Source of the DNA: Octopus vulgaris
Lineage: Eukaryota
Length of the DNA: 64,000 nt
Direction: 5' to 3'
Assembly (NCBI GenBank): GCA_951406725.2
Contig: OX597830.1
Location: 54,436,001-54,500,000, forward strand
In this document: piece by piece, positions 53,356 to 64,000 of the stretch
How positions within the stretch are numbered: position 1 is the first letter of the stretch
How the letters are laid out: each line of letters begins with the position of its first letter
Notes under the pieces: model-generated
The model's input: only the letters and a program-made list of their open reading frames with translations
Database searches by the model: none
What the model was told of the DNA's origin: nothing
Position numbers and translations under genes: made by a program

Positions 53356-54696
53356 TTTATTCAAATACTATTTTTCCCACCTTGTTTCACATTTATGTGC
53401 TTACTCTAGTACACACACACACACACCTTCTATGTTTTACTTGTTTCATTTATTGGACTGTGGCTATCCTGGGGTGAAAAAATACAATAAGAGAGAGAAG
53501 GAAATGGTCTTTAACATTTCAGATGCTAGTCCTCCATCAGAGAAAATAAGAGAAAAGAAGAAAGGTAGTGGAAAGAAGAAAAAAGTTTAGGGTCCGGGTG
53601 TGAATGTAATTCAATGGGGAGGAGTTAGGAAGAGAGGAAGAGGCAAGGGTGGTGTGCACATGTAAGAGTTTGAGATAGGAGTGCAAGTGGTGGAGGAAGG
53701 TGTGGAGGTTAGGTATAGTGGAGAGAGTAGGAAGGAGGAAGAAAACAAATTAAAAAGGGAAAGAGAGAGAGAGGAAATGAGAAAGAGAAGAGTTGTTGTA
53801 GGGGATTAGGTGCAAATGTGGAGAGCAGTTGAAAAAAAAACACAAGACATTAATCTTCACTTCAGCTCAACTGTGCTAAAGCTTCCACTCCAGTTTAACT
53901 ACCTTCCCCATAGCTTCACTTCAGCTAAATTTCACTTAAGCTTAACTAAACTACACCTTCACTCCAGCCCAACCAGACTACCACTTTACACCAGCTATAG
54001 TACTATACTACAAAAAGTGTCCTGATTAGTTGCGCAAAGAAATACTTATTTCTTTACTACCCACAAGGGGCTAAACACAGAGGGGACAAACAAGGACAGA
54101 CAAAATGATTAAGTCGATTATATTGACCCCAGTGCATAACTGGTACTTAATTTATCGACCCTGAAAGGATGAAAGGCAAAGTCGACCTCGGCGGAATTTG
54201 AACTCAGAATGTAACAGCAAACGAAATACCTATTTCTTTCCTATCCACAAGGGGCTAAACACAGAGGGGACAAACAAGGACAGACAAACTGATCAAGTCG
54301 ATTAGATTGACCCCAGTGCGAAACTGGTACTTAATTTATCGACCCCGAAAGGATGAAAGGCAAAGTCGACCTCGGCGGAATTTGAACTCAGTACGTAGCG
54401 GCAGACGAAATACCGCTAAGCATTTCGCCCGGCATGCTAAAGTTTCTGCCAACTCGCTGCCTTCAAAGAAATACCTGTTGCGCAAAGAAATACCTGTAAT
54501 AGATTTGAGCACTAGACCCATGAGCAGGCAGTCCAGTACCTTATCAACATGGTTTCATCATATCTTTTAATGTCCACCAGATGTTATTGGGGAGACAATG
54601 TTCTATAGAACAGTAACTTATAGGAAGATAAACAGACAACGATCAGAGAAACAAACATGATACAACTAATAGGCAATGGATTCTTGCAGTTCTCAC

Positions 54697-54826
54697 CTGT
54701 TGGGTTTCCAGGGTTTATAACAACAATAGCTCGAGGTTTACAGTGTGGACGGGCAGCATCGAGGGATTTCTCAAGGTCGGGAATGTTCAGCGCCCATTTG
54801 TTGTCCTCATCTAAATAGTAGTTGAT
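54697..54826 (-). CDS. GPT: Alanine aminotransferase exon (INYYLDED...VVINPGNPT)
   Basis: aag acceptor, gtgaga donor, 130 nt, INPGNPTG signature. Confidence 0.95.
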
Positions 54827-55629
54827 CTTGGAGAAAAACAACAGAAAACTGGTTAATATATTTATGCCTGTGTGTGTGCATATGTGTGTGTACAAGTGTG
54901 TGCACGTCTACGTGTAGATACTTGTGTATATATCGAAAACTTCATACCATATAAGCATTATACGCAGAGATCATGGATGCAGAGACCATGGTTGTATATA
55001 TTGAGAAGGCAATAAGCACAAAAAGGCAACACTAGAGGGACAAATGTTTAATAAATGCATTAGTTTAACACTTAAAAAGAAAGGAAAGTGTCTTGACATT
55101 TTGGACACTAGTCTTTCATCAGAAGAAAGAGGGACAGGAAAGAATAAAAGAATAAGAAAAGATGGTAGTGGAAAGAGTGTGTGGGGGGGGGGGCTGAGTG
55201 GTTTAGCAGTTTGCTCTCTAACCATGAGGTCATGAGCACTATCCCACAGTTTAGCATTTTCAGAAAGCATCTTTAGTATAGCCTCAATTTGACCCAACTC
55301 TTGCAAGTGAAACTAGATGAAAGAGAAATAGAGTAGCAGTCCACTGGGTGATTGTAGCTGTAACTCAGACACCCAGACTTGTTAGACAAGCATCACACTG
55401 ATTCTACTTGAGAATTATGTCAAGGACATATCTGTCTATGTAATACGCAGCCACTTCAACTGCTAAATGAATGACTAGGGTGTTCAGTTGATGAAACTGG
55501 ATACTTTGAAATCCATAACAGAGACTACTGAAAAATACATATGCATAATTTATTTACACTGGTGCATGCATGGATGTTTGGACAGATAGATAGACAGATT
55601 ATATATATGTGATTTAAATAAATACTTAC

Positions 55630-55746
55630 TGTATAAGCATTGTACTCTGCAGTAGTAGCTGTATATAATGGATACTGAGGAATTGGTATCATTACACCTG
55701 CCCTGTCTTTTCCAGATTTTCCTGTCATCAACATTTTCATGATGGT
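55630..55746 (-). CDS. GPT: Alanine aminotransferase exon (TIMKML...GVMIPIPQYPLY...)
   Basis: cag/gtaagt boundaries, 117 nt, PIPQYPLY signature. Confidence 0.95.
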
Positions 55747-55769
55747 CTGCCAGAAGAGGATTTACATAT

Positions 55770-56460
55770 AAACACACTGACTGACAGATATAACACACTG
55801 CTTCATGTACACTTACACACTGACATACCATACCACCAGACATACACTTACACACTGTTACATGGCCTCTGATATACACTTACCTATTGACATAACTCCA
55901 ATGTACACTTACCTACTGATGTAACACACCATCTAATGTACACTTACAGACTGACATAACATGACTGATGCACACTTATGCACTGGGATAACACTTCATG
56001 TGATACAAGCATACACCACACTGTCATAACACTTGGCACACACAAACACATGTAACATATTCACTGCCATACACACACACTACTGTACATACACATACAT
56101 ATCACAACATGACTTCAGATGTATACTTACACACACCTTTACATGATCACATGATTTTGAGCGTGGCCGTTGCCAGTACCGCCAGACTGGCCCTCGTGCA
56201 GGTGGCACGTAAAAGCACCCACTACACTCTCGGAGTGGTTGGCGTTAGGAAGGGCATCCAGCTGTAGAATCTCTGCCAGATCAAGAATTGAGCCTGGTGC
56301 AGCCACCTGGTTTACCAGTCCTCAGGCAAATCGTCCAACCCATGCTAGCATGGAAAGCGGACGTTAAACGATGATGATGATGACTGTCACACTTATAACA
56401 TGATCCTTAACATACACTTATATGCAGTCACTATACACTATCTGATACACAACATCTTAA
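55770..56460. repeat. Degenerate AC-rich minisatellite (TACACTTACACACTGACATAAC-type unit)
   Basis: Repeated TACACTTAC..ACTGAC motifs, interrupted by a SINE-C. Confidence 0.7.
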
Positions 56461-57372
56461 TGCACCCTCTGAAGAATTAAAAAGATCTATTTTCCATCTT
56501 TAAATGATAATCCACCATTCTCCACCATTCTGATTTGAGTACCAGTCTGTTGTAACCAACTTTCCCCAGAACGTCTACAATCTTTTCTGGAAGGATCTAA
56601 GTATATCAGTAAGTGTGAACTGGTGGAACTGTTCAAACATTGGACAAAACATCTTGTGGTACTTGGTCCAGCAGTTTTACATTTGGATTTCAAATCATGT
56701 TGTTGTCAACTCTCTATGTCATCTTTGGTAAGGATGGGAGGGGGGTCATTAAAATGAAATACCAATCTCTAAGATACCTGACTGGCAGAATTGTTAGTGT
56801 GTTGGATTAGATATAAGATTCTTTTGCAGTATTTGTTTAAATCATTCATGTTTTGATAGGCCAAACATATATGGAGGATTTGTTTAACAAAATGGTATCT
56901 TATAAAATTATACCTGTAGGAAGGTGATGAGAAAAACCACTTTAGTTTTCTCTTGTGGAAACCTATGGAAATCACCAGGGATTGTTTGTGACCAGATGGC
57001 ACAGAAGAGAAGAATGTGATTTAAAGAAAAATTGGCTGTTATTTCACACAAGCTGAGACACCACATGGAGGCTCTCACATTGGCCTTGAGCCACCAACAT
57101 TGATTTGAGTCACCCTCATTGACTTCAGTCTCCTTCATTAGTCTTGAATCTCTCTTGTTGACTTGAGTTTCCCTCACTGGTCTTGAGTTTCTTTCATTGG
57201 CTTTAGGGCACCTTCATTGATCTTGAGGTTCCCAAACTGGCCTTTAGTCTCCCTCATTGATTTTGAGGTTTCCTTATTGGCGCATTTAAAATTAAATTAA
57301 ACATGAGAATGCAGAGGATTTCATTTGGATATGGTCACAAAAGATGAAGGAAGGGTTTTAAAAAAATCATAC

Positions 57373-57503
57373 CTTAATACCATCGCTGGCCCCTGTGGAA
57401 AGGTAGACGTTCTCAAAGGATGCAGGCTGTCCATCACGTTTGGAAATGAAATCTGCAATATCTTTTCTCACAACCATTAAGCCAGCACTGTCACTATATG
57501 CCC
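57373..57503 (-). CDS. GPT: Alanine aminotransferase exon (GAYSDSAG...STGASDGIK)
   Basis: tag/gtatg boundaries, 131 nt, GAYS and LSTGAS motifs. Confidence 0.95.
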
Positions 57504-59077
57504 CTACAAAAATACATTATACAACCATTGTCACAATATGATCCTACAATAATATATTATACAACTTCTGCCACCATAAGACCCTACAATACATTATAAA
57601 ACTACAGTATACTAGCTCTGTTGCTATATGGTCTTACATTATACTATATATAGGCATAGGAGTGGCTGTGTGGGAAGTAGGTTGCTTACCAACCACATGG
57701 TTCCGGGTTCAGTCCCACTGCGTGGCACCTTGGGTAAGTGTCTTCTACTATAGCCTCAGGCCGACCAAAGCCTTATGAGTGGATTTGGTAGATGGAAACT
57801 GAAAGAAGCTTGTCGTATATATGTATATATATGTATATATATGTGTGTGCATATATATTTGTGTCTGTGTTTGTCCCCACCAACATTGCTTGACAACCGA
57901 TTGCTGATGTGTTTACGGCCCCGTAATTTAGCGGTTCAACAAAAGAGACCGATAGAATATGTACTAGGATTTCCAAAGAATAAGTCCTGGGGTCGATTTG
58001 CTCAACTGAAGGCGGTGCTCCAGCATGGCCACAGTCAAATGACTGAAACAAGTAAAAGAGTAAAAAGAGTAAAGAGTATATAATAACTATTGCTATTACT
58101 TTATATAATCACTGTGGTCCTTCAATGCATTATACAACTATTGTCACTATAAGATCCTACAATAATATATTATACAACTACTGTCATTATATGTAACCAA
58201 CAATATATTATACAACATAGTTGCTATACAATCCTACAATACATTATACAACCACTGTCACTATATGACCTCACAATAATATATTATACTACCACTGTGA
58301 TTATATAGCTCTACAATACACTACACAACCACTGTCCATCATTATATTGTTCTACAATATGCTATACAATCACTGTCACTATGTGGTCCAATAAGACATT
58401 ATATAGCTACAGTTGTTATGTGACCCTACAATACATTACACAACCTTGGTCCCTATGTAATTCTACAATGCATTATATAGCAAGTCATTATATGATTCTA
58501 CAATACTGTATACAACCATTGTCACTATATGATCATACAATATGTTATACAACCACTCTCATTATATGACCCTAAAATACACAATACATATTTCTTTACT
58601 ACCCACAAGGGGCTAAACACAGAAGGGACAAACAAGGACAGGCAAAGGGGTTAAGTCGATTACACTGACCCCAGTGCATAACTGGTACTTAATTTATCAA
58701 CCTCGAAAGGATGAAAGGCAAAGTCAACCTCGGTGGAATTTGAACTCAGAATGTAGCAGCAGGTGAAATACGGCTACGCATTTCGCCCGGCGTGCAAAAG
58801 TTTCTGCCAGCTCACCGCCTTAAATACACAATACAACTACCATCAATATATTGCTCTACAATATATACAGCCACTTCCACCACATGAATCTACAATATAT
58901 ATACAACCACTGTTGCTATATGACCCTACAATATATTATACAGCCACTGTCACTATATGAATCTACAATATATTATACAGCCACTGTCACTATATGAACC
59001 TACAATATATTTCACAACCAGTTACTTCATAGCTCTGTAACACATTATACAACCACTGTCACTATATGATCCTACAG
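57486..59077. repeat. Minisatellite, about 37-bp unit, derived from the GPT intron/exon junction; interrupted by two SINEs
   Basis: The unit CACTGTCACTATATGACCCTACAATACATTATACAAC matches 57486-57525. Confidence 0.85.
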
Positions 59078-60176
59078 TTTGAGTTGCTACATATACATGC
59101 ATGTAAACATATTTCTATTCTATTTTGTTTGTAGTACCAGATTTTCATTTTTAAAAATATAATTTATGATTCTCCACCCAGCAGACAATGAATTTTTCTG
59201 TGTCATACATTATGTAAAACTAGGTCATAAAGTAAATAAATCTAGGTCAAATACTTAATATGAAAAATACCTTGCTAATAAAAAAAAGATTGTGAATGGA
59301 ATAGCAACAACAGACAGTTGATCTAAATCATTTTCTTTAGTAATCATTGATAATATAATCTAAACTTCCTAGCTTCAGCAGTTTCTGAATTTCCAAAAGA
59401 AACAACTAAGCAAACAAACTGAATGAAAACAGTGGCACCTAACTTTTAGGTGGTCTTATATGTTGGGTGAGGTAATGATGGCTGATAGTAAATGGCATAA
59501 AGTTAACCGTTTTGGTACTGGCTTGTATGAAGCCATTGGTATTAATGTGTTTAAACTTATATAAAGTTTTCCACGGGATCCTTGTTCAAAATGTTCTCAA
59601 TTTAAAACTATCAAAATTCTATCTTGGTTTTAAGAACATTTAGATTGTGTTGTGTTTCAAACTCTTAGTATACCAATATACATGGTTCTTGTTATATTCC
59701 AAATAACAACTTTGCATACAAGCATACCATCAATTTTTCAGCAGCTAATGGTCTAGTACCTCTTTTAATCTGCATAAATTACATGGGGGAAACTGGAACC
59801 CCTGAGGCCACCAGTCTGGTTCACTGCAAAACCACAAGTGGCATTGTGTGTACTGTGTGTTTGCATGTGTTTACACTACTTTTGTTAGGGGTGACACCAA
59901 AATTCTGAAAGATGTTGGAGCATGACAAGTTCTCCAACTCATCAAATCCTGTCAAATTGCCCAACCTGTGACAGAATGGAAAGCAGACATTAAATGATGA
60001 TGATGATGGTGGTGGTGGTGATAACGATGATGATGACAATGATGATGATGATGTCCAAGTATTAGTATAGATTTATTAAAGCCTTCAAAAATCTGCAGCG
60101 CATATGTTAGATACTCCTTGAGGTACAGTGATTGACAACAACCCCTATTTGAAACAGCTTAATGTTGATCACTTAC

Positions 60177-60285
60177 CCACACTCTTGCCTCCACAGTCAT
60201 TGAGAATTCGTTGAGCCCTGTCTTTAGCATCAGACGGAAAATTAGGTTCAGTCATCAAATCAGGGAAAACACAAAGGGTCACAAC
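60177..60285 (-). CDS. GPT: Alanine aminotransferase exon (VVTLCVFPDL...GGKSV)
   Basis: cag/gtaagt boundaries, 109 nt, FPSDAKDRAQRIL motif. Confidence 0.95.
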
Positions 60286-61249
60286 CTGGGTGGAGGAGGG
60301 AACAAAAAAGAAAAAAAAAAAGAGAAGGATAAGCAATATAACAATACATAAATATTTTTGGGTGTTTCTTTTCTTGTTTTTAACTGTTTCATGCCACACA
60401 ACATGAGTCTGTCCATGTTCAACATGTTCTAAGGTTTCTTAGAATGGTTTTTATAGAATGTTAATGAGAAGAAGTCTCTCAACAACATTTCAAATTTAGG
60501 AATGAAAAAGCCCTAAGATCCTCTCAAAGTGCAATATATAGTTAATTCTAAGATAGAGAGAAAGAAATGACCCCAGTATTTCACAGGTACTTTATTTATC
60601 AATACTTGAATGATGACAGACAAAGCTGACCTCAGTAGAGTTTGTACTCAAAATGCTAAAAAATGGAATTACTGCAAAGAAATTGGTCTGATTCTCTAAC
60701 AATTCTGCTGATCAATCCACCAATTAAGTATTAACATATTTAATCAAGGAATTTTATAAAGAAACAAAAAAGCGATATATGTTTAGTCATTAAACACTGC
60801 AATTTTAGTCATTGCAATATATGTTTAATCATTAGTCACTATAACATATGCTTAGTCATTAGTCACTGCAATATGTTCAGTCAATCGTAACTGTTACATA
60901 TGCTTAGTCATTGTGGTATATGTTTAGTTATTGCAATAAATGTTTAGTCATTAGTCATTGCAATACATGCTTAATGATGCAGGTTGGGGGTACCGTCTTG
61001 CTCACATCACTATACATATATGTCAGATAAGAACCTTGCACAGAAGTGGGATGATGTTAGCAAAGAAAAAAACCAAATATTTTGGCATCAAAGTCATTGA
61101 CCAAACCTCCAGGACCAGGTCACAGACACTATACTTTGCCATATCTCATAAATTCTAAAGTGGCACTAGTTTGGCAAGCGATTTAAACTGAGATTGATTA
61201 TTGGTATTACTAAAACTACTTACAGCATTGTGTGGAGTCATTTTGTCCA

Positions 61250-62224
61250 TTAACCCTGTTGTTACCATATTTCTGGCAAAATACACTGCCTTTCTTTTAA
61301 TCAATTTTGAAAATATTCAAAAATTTAGAAAAATAACTTTGTCGTTGCTGAGCTGGTGTTTAACCCTTTTGTTACCATATTTCTGTTGAGATATTCTGTG
61401 TTTCAGCATCATCACCATCATCCTTTAACGTCGGTTTTCCATGCTAGCATGGGTTGGACGGTTTGACTAGGGTCTGGGAAGCCAGGAGGCTGCACCAGGC
61501 TCCAGTCTGATCTGGAGGTGTTTCTACAGCTGGACGCCCTTCCTAACGCCAACCACTCCGAGAGTGTAGTGGGTGCTTCTTACATGCCACTGGCATGGAA
61601 GCCAGTCAAGGCGGCACTGGCATCGGTCACGTTCAGATGGTGCTTTTTATGTGCCACTGGCACAGGTATCACAACTACAATTTCCATTTGATTTTTATTT
61701 TGATGTTGATGTACTTGACTCAATAGGTCTCCATTTCAATTAATTTTAAATATAACAAAGAATTTAATAAAATAACTTAGTTATCATTAAGCTAGTGTTA
61801 AGAACATTAATTGTGACTAAGGTTTTGTGGAAGATTTTAATTCAGAACTTTTGAAAACAAGACAGAGCTAGAGGTGGTTTCAGCTGGGTTGGTATCAAAA
61901 AGGTTACGATACAAATTAACATGAAGGTTTTGGTGGAAGGTTTTCATTTAGATCATTCTAATCCTTTAGTTACCATATTTCTGTCAACATATGCTGCCTT
62001 TGTTTCAAATGATTTTTAAAATAAATGAGGTATTTAATAAAATGACTTTCTCGTTATTAAGCTGAGGTCTGGAACAAATTTACATAAAATTATGATGGAA
62101 GATTATAATTTAGACCACTTTGAAACAGTAAATTTATGTCACAGAACCTAGGGCAGCCTCAGGTGGGTTGGTATCAAAAGGAAGAACCAGCAGGGGCCTC
62201 AGTTTGGTTGTTATTGAAAGAGTT

Positions 62225-62226
<2 letters not shown>
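61250..62226 (+). mobile_element. Nest of piggyBac-like MITEs interrupted by a SINE-C
   Basis: Repeated TTAACCCT..GTTACCATATTTCTG starts (61250, 61360, about 61960) and GGGTTGGTATCAAAAG(G)GTTA-type ends (about 61905, 62180, 62226). Confidence 0.6.
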
Positions 62227-62258
<32 letters not shown>

Positions 62259-62420
62259 TTATATTCCCTTTTACTTTTAAGGTGAAATTTTAACTCCTTC
62301 CAATTCTAATAATGTATAATCCTTGTAAAACAAAAAACACTCTAACAAACAAAAAAAGAGAAGCAATCTGGTGTCATAAGATCTAATCTTTATTGGTTAA
62401 ATATTTAGCAAATTACTTAC

Positions 62421-62510
62421 TTGTCGTAGAAATTTAATTGGGCTTTGTCCTGTCGCATGGCAGTCACCAATATTGGCTCGGATTACTTCTGTGAATGGTT
62501 TTGGTACTCC
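62421..62510 (-). CDS. GPT: Alanine aminotransferase exon ([30 protein letters not shown]); upstream exon(s) outside the window
   Basis: AG/GT boundaries; matches the ALT motif [13 protein letters not shown]. Confidence 0.95.
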
Positions 62511-62589
62511 CTGTAAAGTAGTACAAATTGAAAATTGTCTTTAATAAAATGGCAAAAATCTTGTGAAAAATTTGGAATAAGAATATGTG

Positions 62590-63400
62590 TTTGTAACAGG
62601 GTGGATTAGGATAAAATCCGAGTGCTTTGGGAAGGAATAGGGAGGAGAAGAGTGTAATGGAGGGGATTAAAGGGTAACCAAGTGGATTAGAAAGTAACCA
62701 GGAAGGTTGGAGAGTAAGAGGATACCCTGGAAAGTAACAGGGTGGAGTGAAAAGTAATTGAGAGGATTAGAGAGTCAGAGGATACACTAAAGAATAAGGA
62801 GGAGGATTAAAGAATAAGAAGGAGGATTAATCCTCTTTCTTACACTGGAGGATACACTGGAGAGCAACAGGGTGATTTGGAAAGTAACTGAGGGGATTTA
62901 GAGAGTCGGAGGATACACTAGAGAATAAGAGGGTGGATTAAAGAGTAACTGGGAAGATTGGAGAGTAAGAGACTGCACTGGAGAGTAAGTAAGTGAATTG
63001 GTGGGTAAGGATGGATGGAAGCAGGAGTTGAATGCACCAGGTCAAGAGGTGGACGGTAGGAAAGTAGGTCCTTGATTAGGGTGGGAGGCTACAGGATATG
63101 GATGGAGTTTATAATGTGTAAATGTAGAAAGGTTGGAGTATGCAGTTATGTAGGGAACTATAAGAAGAGTGAGGAGGAAAGAGAGAAAGAGTTAGAGAGT
63201 GGGATACAGAAAGAAAGAAAGAGAAGTATATGTATGTGTGGAAGATAGAGACATGTAAGAATAAAAGAGAAAGAGAAGTATATGTATGTGTGGAAGATAG
63301 AGACATGTAAGAATAAAAGAGAAAGAGAAGTGGAGAAAGAGGTTGTTTCCTGTATGGAAATAAGACAAAGAGATACTAGTGTGTGTGTGGAAGTCTAAAG
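62590..63400. repeat. Purine-rich degenerate minisatellites, including an about 52-bp tandem duplication at about 63215-63330
   Basis: Repeated GGAGAGTAA/GAGGATACAC units; AGAAAGAGAAGTATATGTATGTGTGGAAGATAGAGACATGTAAGAATAAA occurs twice. Confidence 0.7.
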
Positions 63401-64000
63401 ACATACATGCAGCCAGGCAGGTAGGGTGATCTTACAGTTTATTCTCTTTTATAAGCAATGTATGTGATTAGCACGTTTATTGGTGAAGGTGTAATTTCAT
63501 CATCACTAACTCACTTTACACCTCCTAAAGATTAAAATACCACCATATATACAGCATTAAAATACCTCTCATATATTATTGGAACATAGCAAGAATTTGG
63601 TAAACTGACCCAAAAACCTCCAGAAATAGACTAAAATCTACCAAAATACAGCAAAACCACAGAATGCCTTGGATAATTTCCAAGACACACTTTGTTCTTG
63701 CAACACATTAACTGTCCTTCTGAACCATTGTACATTGCACACCAACCTCCACCATATAACCAATAGTAAAAGTAGAAATTGTAGTAGTAGTAGTAGTAGG
63801 TGGTAGAGGTGCGAATAACTTTTAGTGGGTATGATTATTATCATTATTACATTACTATTATTAAGGTAGTGAGCTGGCAGAGACATTAGTACACCAAACA
63901 AAATGCTTAGTTGCATTTCATCTGTCTTCACATTCTAAGCTCAAATTTTACCAAGGTCAACTGCCACTTTTCTTCTTGAGGATGATAAAATAAGTACCAG

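Overview
AT-rich, microsatellite- and SINE-dense animal genomic DNA. The repeat families look like coleoid cephalopod (Octopus-like) DNA; this is inference. Three protein-coding loci are supported. (1) An intronless, highly divergent rhodopsin-class GPCR (1047-1991, +). (2) A five-exon, 263-aa uncharacterised protein with a Lys-rich N-terminus, two degenerate EF-hands, a CxxC exon and a possible ubiquitin-like C-terminus (13751-21515, +). (3) Eleven exons (441 aa) of an alanine aminotransferase gene (GPT/ALT; 62510 down to 38941, -), whose first exon(s) lie beyond the window. The rest is tRNA-derived SINEs, CR1/L2-, R4/Dong- and L1/Tx1-type LINE fragments, a decayed Tc1/mariner, Helitrons, MITEs and simple repeats. 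The most notable non-coding signals are: four unrelated minimal type I hammerhead ribozymes (Penelope-LTR type; two lie sense in introns and one has a compensatory G3-C8 core) plus decayed copies; a minisatellite built from a GPT splice acceptor/exon junction; an old duplication of the EF-hand gene's upstream region; a 110-bp near-identical copy 15.7 kb from its donor; and a cluster of four palindromes. All structures were assembled by eye and none was computed or searched.
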